The notes under the pieces: generated by a model
Told to the model about the DNA's origin: nothing
Seen by the model: only the letters and a program-made list of their open reading frames with translations
Databases searched by the model: none
Virus record (IMG/VR): IMGVR_UViG_3300022695_000065
Span: 5,937 to 69,936 of that record
Direction: 5' to 3' (one strand)
DNA length: 64,000 nucleotides
Source of the DNA: a virus
Taxonomy: Duplodnaviria > Caudoviricetes
Shown here: in pieces, positions 29,101 through 36,969 of the stretch
Layout: each line of letters starts with the position of its first letter
Position numbering within the stretch: the first letter of the stretch is position 1
Program-made: the position numbers and the translations under genes

Positions 29101-31662
29101 TTTAAAGAAATGGGAGAATTATTATTAGATACCCGTAGAAGAATGGGCATAACCTCTAGAAATATAGTAGATTCTTTATTTATTGAAATGCTTGGAACTA
29201 CCCCTAATAATGCTGCATGGCATAAATTAAATACAGCAGCTAATAGAGATATAGATCAAGCACGTAAAGCAGAACAAAAAAATGTTACTAATTCAATAAT
29301 AGATAGCTTTGGTCCTGAAGGATTTACTAAAGAAGAAAGTATAGCTATGACTAAAGCTGTACTTAAAACTGAATTATATGAAATATATCATAAATACGGT
29401 TATGAAAACATAATAAAATTATTAAGCTCTGATCAAACTTATTTAGATATTAAAATTAAAGAAAATATAGATAAATTAACTCAATTTGGTAATAAGAATA
29501 AATTTTATTATCAAAAAATGGCTAATAGCTTAGGTCATTTTATGGTTACTGGTAATGAATTAGAAAATAGTACTCCTTTAAATGCTAAACTAATATCTCA
29601 ATTAGGTAATACAAATTTTACACAAACAGGTGATATTTCTATAGCTGAAAATATAATAGAAGAATTAGCTACTTTATACGCACTTAAATACACAGAATCA
29701 AATCATAAAGATAATGTTAGAGTATTAATGAAAAGAGAAAATACTATTAACACTATAGATAATGGCATTACGTTTACTATGCAAATGGCTCTTTTAAATA
29801 AGAGAGAAGCTAATAAACAATTATTTACTAATTCTGAAGGTCTTATGATAAAAGGTTATATTAAAGAATTATATGATCCTAACAGGGGGTTTAAAATAGG
29901 AACTATTCATGAAAAAGATGCTCTTTCAAAAGAAGGATATGTTTATTATTCCCCTGTACCCAAAGATAAATTAGACCCTACATATGGAGATACTGATAGT
30001 GATTTACATTTATATTTAAATAAAAATGCTATAATGGTTACTCGCAATCCAGGTATATCAAGTATTACCACTCAAACTCATAAAGGTCAGACTATTATTC
30101 AATCTCTTAAACAGTCTGATAAATTTACACCTGTATCTCTTGGATTTCAAAATGTTGCCGCAATGAAAGCAGCAAAAGATAAAAATTTAAACGCTGTATT
30201 TAGTTCTGCTGATACCACAGTTAAGGGCAATACTGCTATAGCTTTAAGAGATGCTAATGGTGAAGTAGTTTCTTATAGATACATGATTAATGAATTTAAT
30301 AAAGATACTCTATTAAATAAAAATAATTCTTTTGAACAAATAATAGGTCATACATCTGCATCTATTTTAGATAAAGTAGCAGGTAAAAGAATTAATGAAT
30401 TAATAGTAGATCAAGCTAAGAAAGACTTTGATAAAAGTTTTAGTAAAAATAAAGCTTCATTTACATTTATTGGTTTAAAATCTCCTTCTAAAAGACTTAG
30501 AGAAATATATCAATTAATGCCTAGAGATATACGTGAAAATGCTAAAAATACTTTTGGTGTTGATGGATTATATATAAGAGATAATCTTATTGATTTAGTA
30601 TTTGGTTATCGTAAATTTGAATTAATGGAGTTAAGAAAACATTTAAAAAAATTACATAATTCTAATATTAGAATATTAAACCATATTGGAGAATTATTAG
30701 ATAAATTTCTAGTTAATAACAAAAGAAGAATAGCTGGAGCTGCATGGACTGAATTTATACATGTTGTAAAAGACGCTCTTGTTATTAAATTTCTTAGCAC
30801 TATTAAAAATAATATTATTAGCAATACAGCTATTTTACTTGTAGATGGCGTTAAATTATCTGATTTAATTAGTTGGCATATTGAAGCTATTCTTGAATCT
30901 AAAAAGTATCAAAGAAACTTATCTAAAATAAATGCTTTAAGAAAGCAATTAAAAGCAAAAGATATACATAACTCTTCTAGTCCATTATTTAATATACAAG
31001 CTACTAAAGTATTAAAAGGTCGTATAGGTAGATTAGATTTTGATTTAAGTACTAGCCCTGTACGTGAACTTAATATGGCTGGAGTATATCAAACTATTGT
31101 AGAAGATATTGCTCCTGATGATGAGAATAGTACTTATAAAGGTAAGTTAGAAAACTGGGTTAGTCCTTATACTGCTAAAGTACCTGGGTTTCTAAAAAAT
31201 GCTGGTAAACAAGTATTTTTAACTCATGATACTCAAGCATATAAATTTCTTAGGGATGCTACTCAGATAAGTGACTTTGTAGCTAGATTTGTTATGCATA
31301 AAAATAACATAAAAAATAAAAATATGTCTTTTGATAATTCTGTATCAAAGATTATAAGAACTTTTATTAATTATGATTTACCTACACATAGAGGTATTCA
31401 ATGGGGGAATGATGTCGGATTACTATTCTTTACAAAATTCTTATTTAGAATTCAAAGAATAATAATAGAGCAAGGGAGGGAAAATCCAGGAAGGATGATG
31501 GCTCTACTAGGGTTACAAGCTTTACTTGGTAATTTTGCTGATATTACAGATACTAATTTACTTACTGGTCCTGGTTTAAATGTTATGGGTAATCCATTAG
31601 ATATGTTTGCCATACCTGCTGAAACACCCATAATAAAAATATTTATGGGGCTTACTGGTTAA
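20134..31662 (+). CDS. Virion-encapsidated RNA polymerase (N4 gp50-like), 3842 aa
   Basis: Motif A EIDGISNG (D at 26032-26034), motif B RDFSK (26659-26673), motif C FFDG (D at 27475-27477), HEIVH motif, C-terminal ISDFVARF..INYDLP; size and gene order. Confidence 0.93.
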   Translation: MATSVLNAILNTGSGSIEQKNKAIEQLTTLSNLAKDPNIIETANKRLNQLQPDPNSIPLGQEFNPALSDTAINNNTGLGNNDPANIPTALTQQSIDFKKAKLDLKLKEKTLKLQTKVPVQSQAIPAVFNDVQATKVPNVSTSTREDTIAALRSSLPLPDQGKQPIDPTILKNIRKSTVKPPVKSDNSIPPKLNKEDIKASLRPPTISNKITKPVINKPKITSPIKDVIKPIPLQKGEAIDVNSNQIDLTRPVIHNKDGSISTERTITVAGSELGLTGANATKGVNLPQIFDGKMHTPKEAIQAFKDGKNPAVGVFKDIPTADKAAVQRSKSIGHFRELMAKPPLDLPPDPNINIKALKARSDALDKKYKDKLDKLTKDSHEQLVRLSNEREVFRTGGEITKDTLASIAVGIVDLAEVPIVMSNIVSLGATSNISAAIDPGGKTTLQRTAQLKNYVQSLKSDAFKKLQQQFNEKSQEINIANQKKYGNTFTKEAADYRDAFFHYLSDPTMTFDALARSFPQIFGSGGIGGIATKFVAKKIISNAAIDAGKLLAKREVVGTAKKQFTKEMAKQFTTNFTARKLASKASQAAIRKANKYGAISFVGVTEGASNAVQVKVQILNMSPDELKKTSPEYNKLIDSGLTHKEAVLKLANKAEAITFVVAGVLGAVATHITGAAELEAKVTQKITGIFTKDSIGAKLINKSAFFKTIAKDSGKEFIEESSQGASGQFASNLGQQQALKDNTQLKSGIGEQAGAGGAIGLASGVNLGVIDGIGKTTKAAVKLAVDGAIKVTGAKNIAAEAKQAKKVSDAVKSGDISNITDVKAKDYNPENAFNALALTPLKDNATQQDVETYTTNLLQHAENMKQDIVDKLKLTLKDGRPTKASGPLLKKLKLAIKAVQTVEAVNIQKNLTPDELNKAINTLASNKTTDQKDRVFTSMNSQDNISIEQANKLIESNQLTPEDKKRVERYIKVKEAINVVESNKTEANINTVHNDIINGSNTDRGFKRGLKEYRSIIGIAVNGSNIELAKTYLNNFKKFVINHNNKNELIQTALEAYKNNDIPALQKVQNKLKTDFGLVFNTDKLANINRFKKLAKTVSLETNLLNLSLAESTSLVNDATQSKPDAGAVSPRRSATKPGDTTNPISTSTPLNTTEVSPAVAGAANTVGDTNVVSNSNSNSNSNTNKSSDATQLNSSRNFSENKPVSLQANTKKITNGVSTASSQSVDNTDNANTIKNKIELKQNQNKIQTKISELDTQIKDTPVSDTITIEDLNNQITNLDKEYNDIQDKINIINKNINNNKKVNISDKLLNTEEITSLKESIKKINKEIDNLEEDKKHTTDTFELRSLDEQINKLDDEIVSIDNIIDGTDTYNLNNSILGNTIIAPDPINNTILDINNLLQTTNKNIDSLLHKIPNLFENYRNKDEQTLNLINELLDTQELKVLKKLSDFELEFKKALLVGNNKNPVLGLRKANKFVHEDLIHLFFKENTKDSNKLLDPNMVSQMAINSLLWLGTRGLNTINMPDNVINTFLGMDTNATVSNEAKALLGNAGLHRAVFVESLGRDILKELGLKAIKDIKDGAFQAKLEITLGQVSLATLIQLDLVEFKVLDAKEILNVTPVESKFFDRNSKIVFTAESKTKTKRGDTIYPSSYFVRIKTTEVTDTIGKDKITHEEPISSIAEIVNDINLIDTVSNKISGTDKAYKGATFTEPLKNTNKIKGSTTEITNAYKLNVDKYQNTPLTLNNDNISILEKLSSGARMLIFGSKQNIKEITNVNTREGHKARNNNINKNITETLSLVNQIDNKDDGLGRNTPFYVGSSIINNLRANMNSSGTSIQGNTVARFLLSPEKFKIKIDLNNKDHKLHMFYFKLAVAEGMGIDTKDQINFVHALDELMNSELMQNAIKEINKAKKRAVFNEAIIVEAINKAGGNGHSFASLIAWSNYQEAKNSFSNRTFNTDIFTEIDGISNGTMIGLIQLMGNSNQQELLKKLARVGIYINQPYNNVGDYLSNGNLDTYQNIANNVVNHLTDFKNHIDGFNKNLPTITKIKNLNNKKDKLINKISNNEINPKTNKPYKSGKKFNVVKQLKISLGELETQLASLEGILLANDFNINIDPVVENNANSFVNGFNNISKNNKYNSTQLANIVLSGLKGIVGQLSEKDAVLNTIITKLGRDFSKPAVIKGNFLASDTTIIDAFVRDQIKDIYEKLSKFIEADDMSSITKLVNNINKVINPANFEKDNVSIKNIPEAKNFKFSEPNLNSLKKHLKNTYGAALSKALADEFKYLQSTKELLSSNIKVAGDMFTVIFNRKIKEAIKEKGSELNQIEFDKLVKSLDKLFPSYQTLLTKKGNRTGISAVGLTSERQTNNPNYVASTSVAPTGKFLRGTSGKGQGLARKGLNKFKDYASKFIFKDKSLAALVAGTISIDAAIMSKALGSDIDIISFFDGAGVSVTDAAQLKELLNKAAIDVLMKDNLSGNIADMAKRVFDEFNKIATEEDKHNFITKTITEANPDGLKFYEINNNISELTTTAKDIFERKNELLKEHMQVIHYNDNTSPIEINKPNNDTNNIIAEEDINKYNTVKEKLSELPNNEDLNNPDSEQSQNAQLVFNFMEENKVKAEIAAKIDKAASNNSNTNNNNTKQSSPLNIDVNNFNADQTIDISNKLSDMSPTGLFDLLDNIGSIQENTIHKTRLKAFLKVLTDEVVEPFRVRLKNEETATRGAVKAREVFIIANDVAALNGIEMSPQEVYVHEIVHMLTAYALDNNTFLKNELRKIFRIVKNDSRTTWKLFLGKNGDINNKNDVKAAKARFDYIFNNDTGIDKPSVYTDTFTNTKFRVNPNNFLHEFLAHATTNEAFMDHISSLGIGINNTETKNNSNKSLLEKIFTIFNRVLQTITHILGKTKKLRLDDRIMHLAEQLANNDHETKNIITQKFDFIDKLENKAGKAIQAFIKKPIKAAAKSKFVKNSRSKALQNLGKLVEVLPTDKFKEMGELLLDTRRRMGITSRNIVDSLFIEMLGTTPNNAAWHKLNTAANRDIDQARKAEQKNVTNSIIDSFGPEGFTKEESIAMTKAVLKTELYEIYHKYGYENIIKLLSSDQTYLDIKIKENIDKLTQFGNKNKFYYQKMANSLGHFMVTGNELENSTPLNAKLISQLGNTNFTQTGDISIAENIIEELATLYALKYTESNHKDNVRVLMKRENTINTIDNGITFTMQMALLNKREANKQLFTNSEGLMIKGYIKELYDPNRGFKIGTIHEKDALSKEGYVYYSPVPKDKLDPTYGDTDSDLHLYLNKNAIMVTRNPGISSITTQTHKGQTIIQSLKQSDKFTPVSLGFQNVAAMKAAKDKNLNAVFSSADTTVKGNTAIALRDANGEVVSYRYMINEFNKDTLLNKNNSFEQIIGHTSASILDKVAGKRINELIVDQAKKDFDKSFSKNKASFTFIGLKSPSKRLREIYQLMPRDIRENAKNTFGVDGLYIRDNLIDLVFGYRKFELMELRKHLKKLHNSNIRILNHIGELLDKFLVNNKRRIAGAAWTEFIHVVKDALVIKFLSTIKNNIISNTAILLVDGVKLSDLISWHIEAILESKKYQRNLSKINALRKQLKAKDIHNSSSPLFNIQATKVLKGRIGRLDFDLSTSPVRELNMAGVYQTIVEDIAPDDENSTYKGKLENWVSPYTAKVPGFLKNAGKQVFLTHDTQAYKFLRDATQISDFVARFVMHKNNIKNKNMSFDNSVSKIIRTFINYDLPTHRGIQWGNDVGLLFFTKFLFRIQRIIIEQGRENPGRMMALLGLQALLGNFADITDTNLLTGPGLNVMGNPLDMFAIPAETPIIKIFMGLTG
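23653..23682 (+). repeat. (AGTAAT)x5 microsatellite encoding Ser-Asn repeats in a vRNAP linker
   Basis: Read directly from the sequence. Confidence 0.9.
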
Positions 31663-31844
31663 CTGTGATTTTCATAATCATCAGTATCTTCTTTAGCCTC
31701 GTATGAACCATAAATTACTAATACTAAACCAAGGAATATTATAATTCCCATTAAAATAGGTACAGCTAATATACCAGCTATAATAATTGCAAAAATAAAT
31801 ATAGCCATAAATACAGCCATTATTTTATGAAATAGTTTAGTCAT
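31659..31844 (-). CDS. Small two-TM membrane protein
   Basis: Two hydrophobic helices and an acidic tail; convergent with the vRNAP gene. Confidence 0.6.
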   Translation of the reverse strand: MTKLFHKIMAVFMAIFIFAIIIAGILAVPILMGIIIFLGLVLVIYGSYEAKEDTDDYENHS

Positions 31845-31871
31845 ATTAAATCCATTATTTAATATATAATA

Positions 31872-32297
31872 TTAAGATGCAAATATTGGGTTATTATCAG
31901 GAATATCTTCATCAGATACAGTATCCGGACCAAACAAGTTTGAAGTAAGTGGAGGTGTATTAATTTCATCTTTTTCCGATGGTAAATCAGCGTCATTCTC
32001 CACCGCTAATGCGTCAACTGATTTTACAGGTACATTAGGTATCTCAGACTCTTTAGCCTTATTATTTGACCCTTTTGGCCGTCCGCGACCTTTACCTCTC
32101 TTAATTGGCTCAGTAGGAATTTCAGTAGTTTTAGTACCAATATTATCATTGATACTTACTATTGCTGAATTACCATTAACACCTCTACCTGCTACAAATA
32201 TAACTTCAATATCTTTATCTATAGCATTAATACCCGTATTTAAAATATATTCAGTTACTGCTTCAATAAGTTCATTATTTTTTAATGTAATATCCAT
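31872..32297 (-). CDS. Conserved N4-like hypothetical protein with an AT-hook-like motif
   Basis: N-terminal LIEAVTEYI..IEVIFVAGRG..SAIVSI pattern; KRGKGRGRPKGS; acidic tail. Confidence 0.65.
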   Translation of the reverse strand: MDITLKNNELIEAVTEYILNTGINAIDKDIEVIFVAGRGVNGNSAIVSINDNIGTKTTEIPTEPIKRGKGRGRPKGSNNKAKESEIPNVPVKSVDALAVENDADLPSEKDEINTPPLTSNLFGPDTVSDEDIPDNNPIFAS

Positions 32298-32322
32298 TTC
32301 TATAATCTTTCTTTAAATTAAT

Positions 32323-32802
32323 TTATGTTTTAAAAGTTTGTGATGCATAGTGAGCTATCATTAAAGCATCACTTTTACCATCTTGTAATCCACCTTTAGG
32401 CCCATAAATAGGAGCCTTGGGATATAATCTATTACAAATAAAAGCAACTTCTTTTTTAATTTCTTTCCCTTTTTTCTTAACACCCACAAATTTTTGCCAA
32501 ACTTTAGGTGTTACTAATTCAACACTATTACCTGTTACTAGTGATACAGCATTAATTATTCCTACATTTCTACCAAACTCAAAGTTAGATTTAGCTGAAG
32601 AACCAAAGATAGAATGAACATTTTCTATCATTATAACTACTAAATTATAACTAGACTCTATGGTTTTTAACCATTGATAAATAATATGAGGTTGTTCAAT
32701 GTTAGATAAAAAAGCTATTTGTTTAGTAGAAGGTGCTAAAAGACAAAAATATCCTTTAGCACCAGGGTCTACACCAATATATACTTTTAATCTATTACTC
32801 AT
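32323..32802 (-). CDS. RuvC-like Holliday junction resolvase
   Basis: YIGVDPG, VMIENVHS, FEFGRNVG, TPKVWQK and DGKSDALMIA motifs. Confidence 0.85.
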   Translation of the reverse strand: MSNRLKVYIGVDPGAKGYFCLLAPSTKQIAFLSNIEQPHIIYQWLKTIESSYNLVVIMIENVHSIFGSSAKSNFEFGRNVGIINAVSLVTGNSVELVTPKVWQKFVGVKKKGKEIKKEVAFICNRLYPKAPIYGPKGGLQDGKSDALMIAHYASQTFKT

Positions 32803-32805
32803 AAA

Positions 32806-33537
32806 TTATGAGAATAAATTATTATTATTATTGTTAGAAAGATTAGCTGAAGGTACACCGTTTACTACTCCACTATTATTATTATTTCCTTTAGCTCTAT
32901 TCTTTACTTCACCTTCCCATTTATCAGCCCACTTATCTTTAAATTCTGCTGTAGTAACACCAGAACGTACCTCTGATAATGTAAGACCATCTGCTGCTCT
33001 AAATAGTTTATTAATTTCATTAACTTCTCTGGTTTCACCAGAAGCAACATAATTACCATTATTATCTTTAATGGTTTTATCTTCTACTACTTTAATAAAA
33101 CCAACAGTAATAGGCTGATTAAGAAGCTCAGTAATAACTTTAGTAGTTTGGGGTATTTCTTTTTTTAAAGTAACATCCCATCGTTTAATAACTTTATCTT
33201 CATGATCTAATGTACTAAACTTTTTACCAAGAGTTAAAAGTGAAATAGCTTCAGCTTGATTATAACCAGGAAGATATTGTAACTTACCACTCTTATCTTT
33301 ATATGTACTTTTATTACCTTTCTTATCTCCAGATGTAACCCATAAAGTTTGACGTATTAAAGCTGAATTATTTTTAAAATGAAGATTTAAACTTAATGCT
33401 CCACCTGCTGACTTATCAAGATAAGCCATATCAATTATCATATTCTGAAGTCCTGAGTTAACTAAAAAAGATGTACCTAAACTATCTTTTAATTCACTCA
33501 CTACTTCATTAGATTCTAAACCACTTAATAAAGACAT
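32806..33537 (-). CDS. Single-stranded DNA-binding protein (N4 gp45-like)
   Basis: AYLDKSAGGA, RQTLWVTSG, YLPGY and REVNEINKLF motifs; gene order. Confidence 0.85.
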   Translation of the reverse strand: MSLLSGLESNEVVSELKDSLGTSFLVNSGLQNMIIDMAYLDKSAGGALSLNLHFKNNSALIRQTLWVTSGDKKGNKSTYKDKSGKLQYLPGYNQAEAISLLTLGKKFSTLDHEDKVIKRWDVTLKKEIPQTTKVITELLNQPITVGFIKVVEDKTIKDNNGNYVASGETREVNEINKLFRAADGLTLSEVRSGVTTAEFKDKWADKWEGEVKNRAKGNNNNSGVVNGVPSANLSNNNNNNLFS

Positions 33538-33565
33538 ATTATTTACTTTCTATTATTAGTATTAA

Positions 33566-34282
33566 TTATTTATAATAATCATGCAATCTATCTAAGATTA
33601 ATTGAACATCATTATCTATATAGGATTCTTTAATATCCCACATACCTAAAGAACTACGAATACGTTCGTTCACAGTTTCTTGAGTTAATTTAACTTGAAA
33701 ACAATATTTATATCCAAGCATTTTATCTTCATCAGTAATATTTAAATACTTTGAAGAATAATTATCTAATTTCTTAAGAGATATTTTCTTAGTACTTATT
33801 ACAGTAGAAAAACAACTTTCAACCCCTGTATTCATTAATGAACCTTTTACTTTAACTAAAGTTTCATTAATCATTTCAGCTTCATTTAAAATATCCATAG
33901 TATGCGCAATAAATATAATATTTTTATTTGAATTACCTACATACTGACTCATTAATCTTTTAAAGAATTGAGCATAATTACCCCAAGCCTTCATAGTATT
34001 ATCTGAAGATAATACATATACAGTTTCATACATATCCATCATGTAGGTTAGACTATCTATAATAATAGTATGTATGGTTTTATCTGTTTCTGCTTCAGTA
34101 AATTTTTCATATATCTGAGCTGGATCAGTTATAGTAAATTCTTTAAATTTACTTTTAAAAGGTAAACCTTTATTATTTTCACAATTAAGATAATATACTC
34201 CTTGAGGATTTTTTATATTTCTTAATGACATTGATTTACCAGTAGCACTTTTACCTGATATAAGTAATAAATTATTATTCAT
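33566..34282 (-). CDS. AAA-family ATPase (N4 gp44-like)
   Basis: Walker A GKSATGKS; Walker B IIIDS. Confidence 0.85.
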   Translation of the reverse strand: MNNNLLLISGKSATGKSMSLRNIKNPQGVYYLNCENNKGLPFKSKFKEFTITDPAQIYEKFTEAETDKTIHTIIIDSLTYMMDMYETVYVLSSDNTMKAWGNYAQFFKRLMSQYVGNSNKNIIFIAHTMDILNEAEMINETLVKVKGSLMNTGVESCFSTVISTKKISLKKLDNYSSKYLNITDEDKMLGYKYCFQVKLTQETVNERIRSSLGMWDIKESYIDNDVQLILDRLHDYYK

Positions 34283-34334
34283 ATTAACTTTTTCCTTAAT
34301 TTAAATAATCACATAACTCACCGGAAGGTAAGAG

Positions 34335-34472
34335 TTATTCAAGATCATTTCTATGTAAATAAATCATAGATAAACAAAATAAAATATATTTTATTGTTGG
34401 ATTAGCTACATCTGGTATTATTATAATAAAAGAAATTATTATAATACAGATTACAGTTAGAATGGATTTCAT
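34335..34472 (-). CDS. Small hydrophobic protein (45 aa), not in the ORF track
   Basis: MKSILTVICIIIISFIIIIPDVANPTIKYILFCLSMIYLHRNDLE, translated by hand. Confidence 0.4.
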   Translation of the reverse strand: MKSILTVICIIIISFIIIIPDVANPTIKYILFCLSMIYLHRNDLE

Positions 34473-34484
34473 GATTAATATTAT

Positions 34485-34566
34485 TGGCAGGAGGTGTAGG
34501 AACTACCCCTACTTCAAGTAATATACAGAATATTATATATTAACTTAGCACTTGCCAATACCTCCT
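34485..34566 (-). ncRNA. tRNA-like element / degenerate tRNA ending in GCCA
   Basis: 7-bp acceptor stem AGGAGGU/ACCUCCU, G discriminator, CCA end, 5-bp T-like stem; loops are non-canonical. Confidence 0.45.
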
Positions 34567-34576
34567 ATTTAATAAT

Positions 34577-34828
34577 TTATTTACATTTATTTGAATTATT
34601 TATGATAGCTAAATTATATTCTTCTGTAGCTATTCTTAATGCTCGTACAGCTTTATCAGTATCACCTAGATTTTTGCCTATATGATGCCCATTTAAACTC
34701 ATACCACCTATTAAATTTATAGATACGTCTGCTATTTTACCGGCAAGAATTAATAATTTTTTAGTATTATTACTCATATTTTTTCTCCAGTTCTTTATGT
34801 AGATCGTAAAGCTTTTTTGAACCGTCAA
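34577..34828 (-). CDS. Hypothetical protein (true start probably MSNNTKK at 34774)
   Basis: ORF track; overlap pattern with the upstream gene. Confidence 0.45.
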   Translation of the reverse strand: MTVQKSFTIYIKNWRKNMSNNTKKLLILAGKIADVSINLIGGMSLNGHHIGKNLGDTDKAVRALRIATEEYNLAIINNSNKCK

Positions 34829-35162
34829 CGTATTCTAAGAAAGCTAGTGATATACCTCTGCTTCTAAGATATTTCATCTGAAGTAATGTTAGCACTTCCC
34901 CAACGTACACCCTCAAAAATAATACAGAGCAATCATAAAAATCAAAACATTGATCTTCATAATTACCAAAACCAAGTTCAACTAAATCATCTTCAAACTC
35001 AGTAATATCATTATAATATTGGTTATCTATTTTAAGTATGGACGTTAACTTATTATTGTTTATAGGCTTATCTTTACGCTGATTATCAGACTCCTTTAAC
35101 ATTGTTTTAGCCTTGTTATACACATCTTTAAACCAGTCTTTTACTGTATTATCCATTTTCAA
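34770..35162 (-). CDS. Hypothetical protein
   Basis: ORF with codon usage like its neighbours. Confidence 0.55.
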   Translation of the reverse strand: MKMDNTVKDWFKDVYNKAKTMLKESDNQRKDKPINNNKLTSILKIDNQYYNDITEFEDDLVELGFGNYEDQCFDFYDCSVLFLRVYVGEVLTLLQMKYLRSRGISLAFLEYVDGSKKLYDLHKELEKKYE

Positions 35163-35563
35163 TTTCTTCTTTCAAAACTAATATTTCAAGTCTCTGATAT
35201 TCTATTAGAACATTAAGATTTATCTTGTTTCTTTCTAGCCTTGCTATATTGCCTTTAAGCTCGAAAATCTCAAGCTGCATGTCGGTGATTTGGCGGTTTT
35301 ATTCACTATCACCTGAGTGTCTCCATCTATTCAGCATAACCCTACGAAGTTAGAGCCATTAATTTCAAAGAGATTAATCTCTCTAGGTATGTCTTATTAA
35401 TTATTTATAGAATAATTATTAAATTTATCTTTTTTAATAAATCCTTTAATTAATAATCTTTCAAGTTTTGGTTTTATTAAATTTAAAGCTATTTTTTCTA
35501 AAGATATATAATTAAGTGAATAATATTTTAAATATATCAATATTTTTTTATCATCAATGTTCA

Positions 35564-36007
35564 TTATTTATTTTTACTCACATATCGTTTCAAAGACACC
35601 CTGTGTCCCCCTACATGTCCTTGTTGTGAGTTAAGTCCCAAAGAGTTTATTTCCCATCCATCAACTAAATAAGGTTGTACTAATTTAAATAATTTAATTT
35701 CTAATTCTTTTTTATTTAGTTTACCTAAATAACTCAATCTATTAAATTCTGGTATTAATATATCTTTGCATTCAATATTTTTACCAATATTTTTTATATT
35801 CACTTCATTTATAAGATGAGATATTTTGCAATCTCTATCACTTTGTCCTGATATAAGCATACCATATTCTTCTATGCTCAATTTAAGTCGCATAACACAA
35901 ACACCAGAACTTTCATCTTGAATAGTAATCATTATATTACTATTTTTAGGATTACTTGACATCCCACATTTGTTTATGGATATTTTACCTGATATATTAT
36001 TTTTCAT
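35564..36007 (-). CDS. Hypothetical protein
   Basis: ORF with an RBS-like AGAGG upstream. Confidence 0.6.
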   Translation of the reverse strand: MKNNISGKISINKCGMSSNPKNSNIMITIQDESSGVCVMRLKLSIEEYGMLISGQSDRDCKISHLINEVNIKNIGKNIECKDILIPEFNRLSYLGKLNKKELEIKLFKLVQPYLVDGWEINSLGLNSQQGHVGGHRVSLKRYVSKNK

Positions 36008-36156
36008 TTTTACCTCTTTTTAATACATGTTCTATATAATAAGTCTGACCACAGGGTTTATATTCATAAGTAGATATTATTCTATCAACATAATTACTAC
36101 CATTTCTTAACCATATTACCCATACTACTAATGCAATCCATCCTGCGCCATTCATT

Positions 36157-36312
36157 TTAAAATTTCTCCATCCATTGCTTTAGTAATTTACGAGTTTCTC
36201 TTTTATCAACTCCGAATTCATCTTCAAGGAATGCTCCAGCACCAAACATATTTGTAATACCAGATTCTCTAAGTTCATTTAAAAATTCTTCAATTTTTTC
36301 GTTATATTCCAT
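36157..36312 (-). CDS. Small conserved phage protein (51 aa, LRESGITNMFGA motif), not in the ORF track
   Basis: Translated by hand: MEYNEKIEEFLNELRESGITNMFGAGAFLEDEFGVDKRETRKLLKQWMEKF. Confidence 0.65.
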   Translation of the reverse strand: MEYNEKIEEFLNELRESGITNMFGAGAFLEDEFGVDKRETRKLLKQWMEKF

Positions 36313-36386
36313 TTTTAATCTTCTTTAATTTCATGTGCTGACATAGGTCTAAAAGGGAATAAAGGACAAGCTCCATAATTTAATCT

Positions 36387-36673
36387 TTATTCCCAACACC
36401 TATGTTTTTCATGGATAGATTCAATATCATCATAATCGGAAATAACCTAATCCACATTATCAGGTATTTCGACGATTTTTAATTCAGCAAGGTATCCGTC
36501 TGCGGCTTTACCTAATTTTTCAACCACTTTAATAAGAACAGGATCGTCCCTCCCTAAATTATCATATTCATATTCATCAAGATATTTAGTTCCTTTTTTA
36601 AAATTATAAAGGCTTTTGCTTTACCTGATATACCAAAACCACCATAACAATCATTGATAACAATCTTAGTCAT
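36387..36673 (-). pseudogene. Pseudogene of a conserved small phage protein (KIVINxCYGGF..RDDPVL..LKIVEIPD)
   Basis: Frameshift after about codon 21 and an in-frame TAG where Trp is expected (VD*VISDYD). Confidence 0.65.
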
Positions 36674-36764
36674 CTTAAAAATCCTCAAATATTATTTTAG
36701 CTAAAAGTATCATAATATTTCTTTCTAATTTATATCGTTTATATAATAATATAAATATTTATTT

Positions 36765-36953
36765 TTACTTTATATATTGTGTTTCACCTATAGTCACGCT
36801 ATGCACCGGCAAACTGTGAAACAGTAGATCATTTGGATAAAGCTGACCTCCCCAAGATTCTAGGGCTGCAATTACAAATGCGGCTATGTCACCGTGATCA
36901 GCACCTTCAGGATATTTATTTAACGTTACTTTAACATTACGTATTCTACTCAT
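36765..36953 (-). CDS. Hypothetical protein
   Basis: ORF; FVIAALESWGGQLYPNDLLFHSL pattern. Confidence 0.55.
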   Translation of the reverse strand: MSRIRNVKVTLNKYPEGADHGDIAAFVIAALESWGGQLYPNDLLFHSLPVHSVTIGETQYIK

Positions 36954-36969
36954 TTTAAAATCTTCTCGA

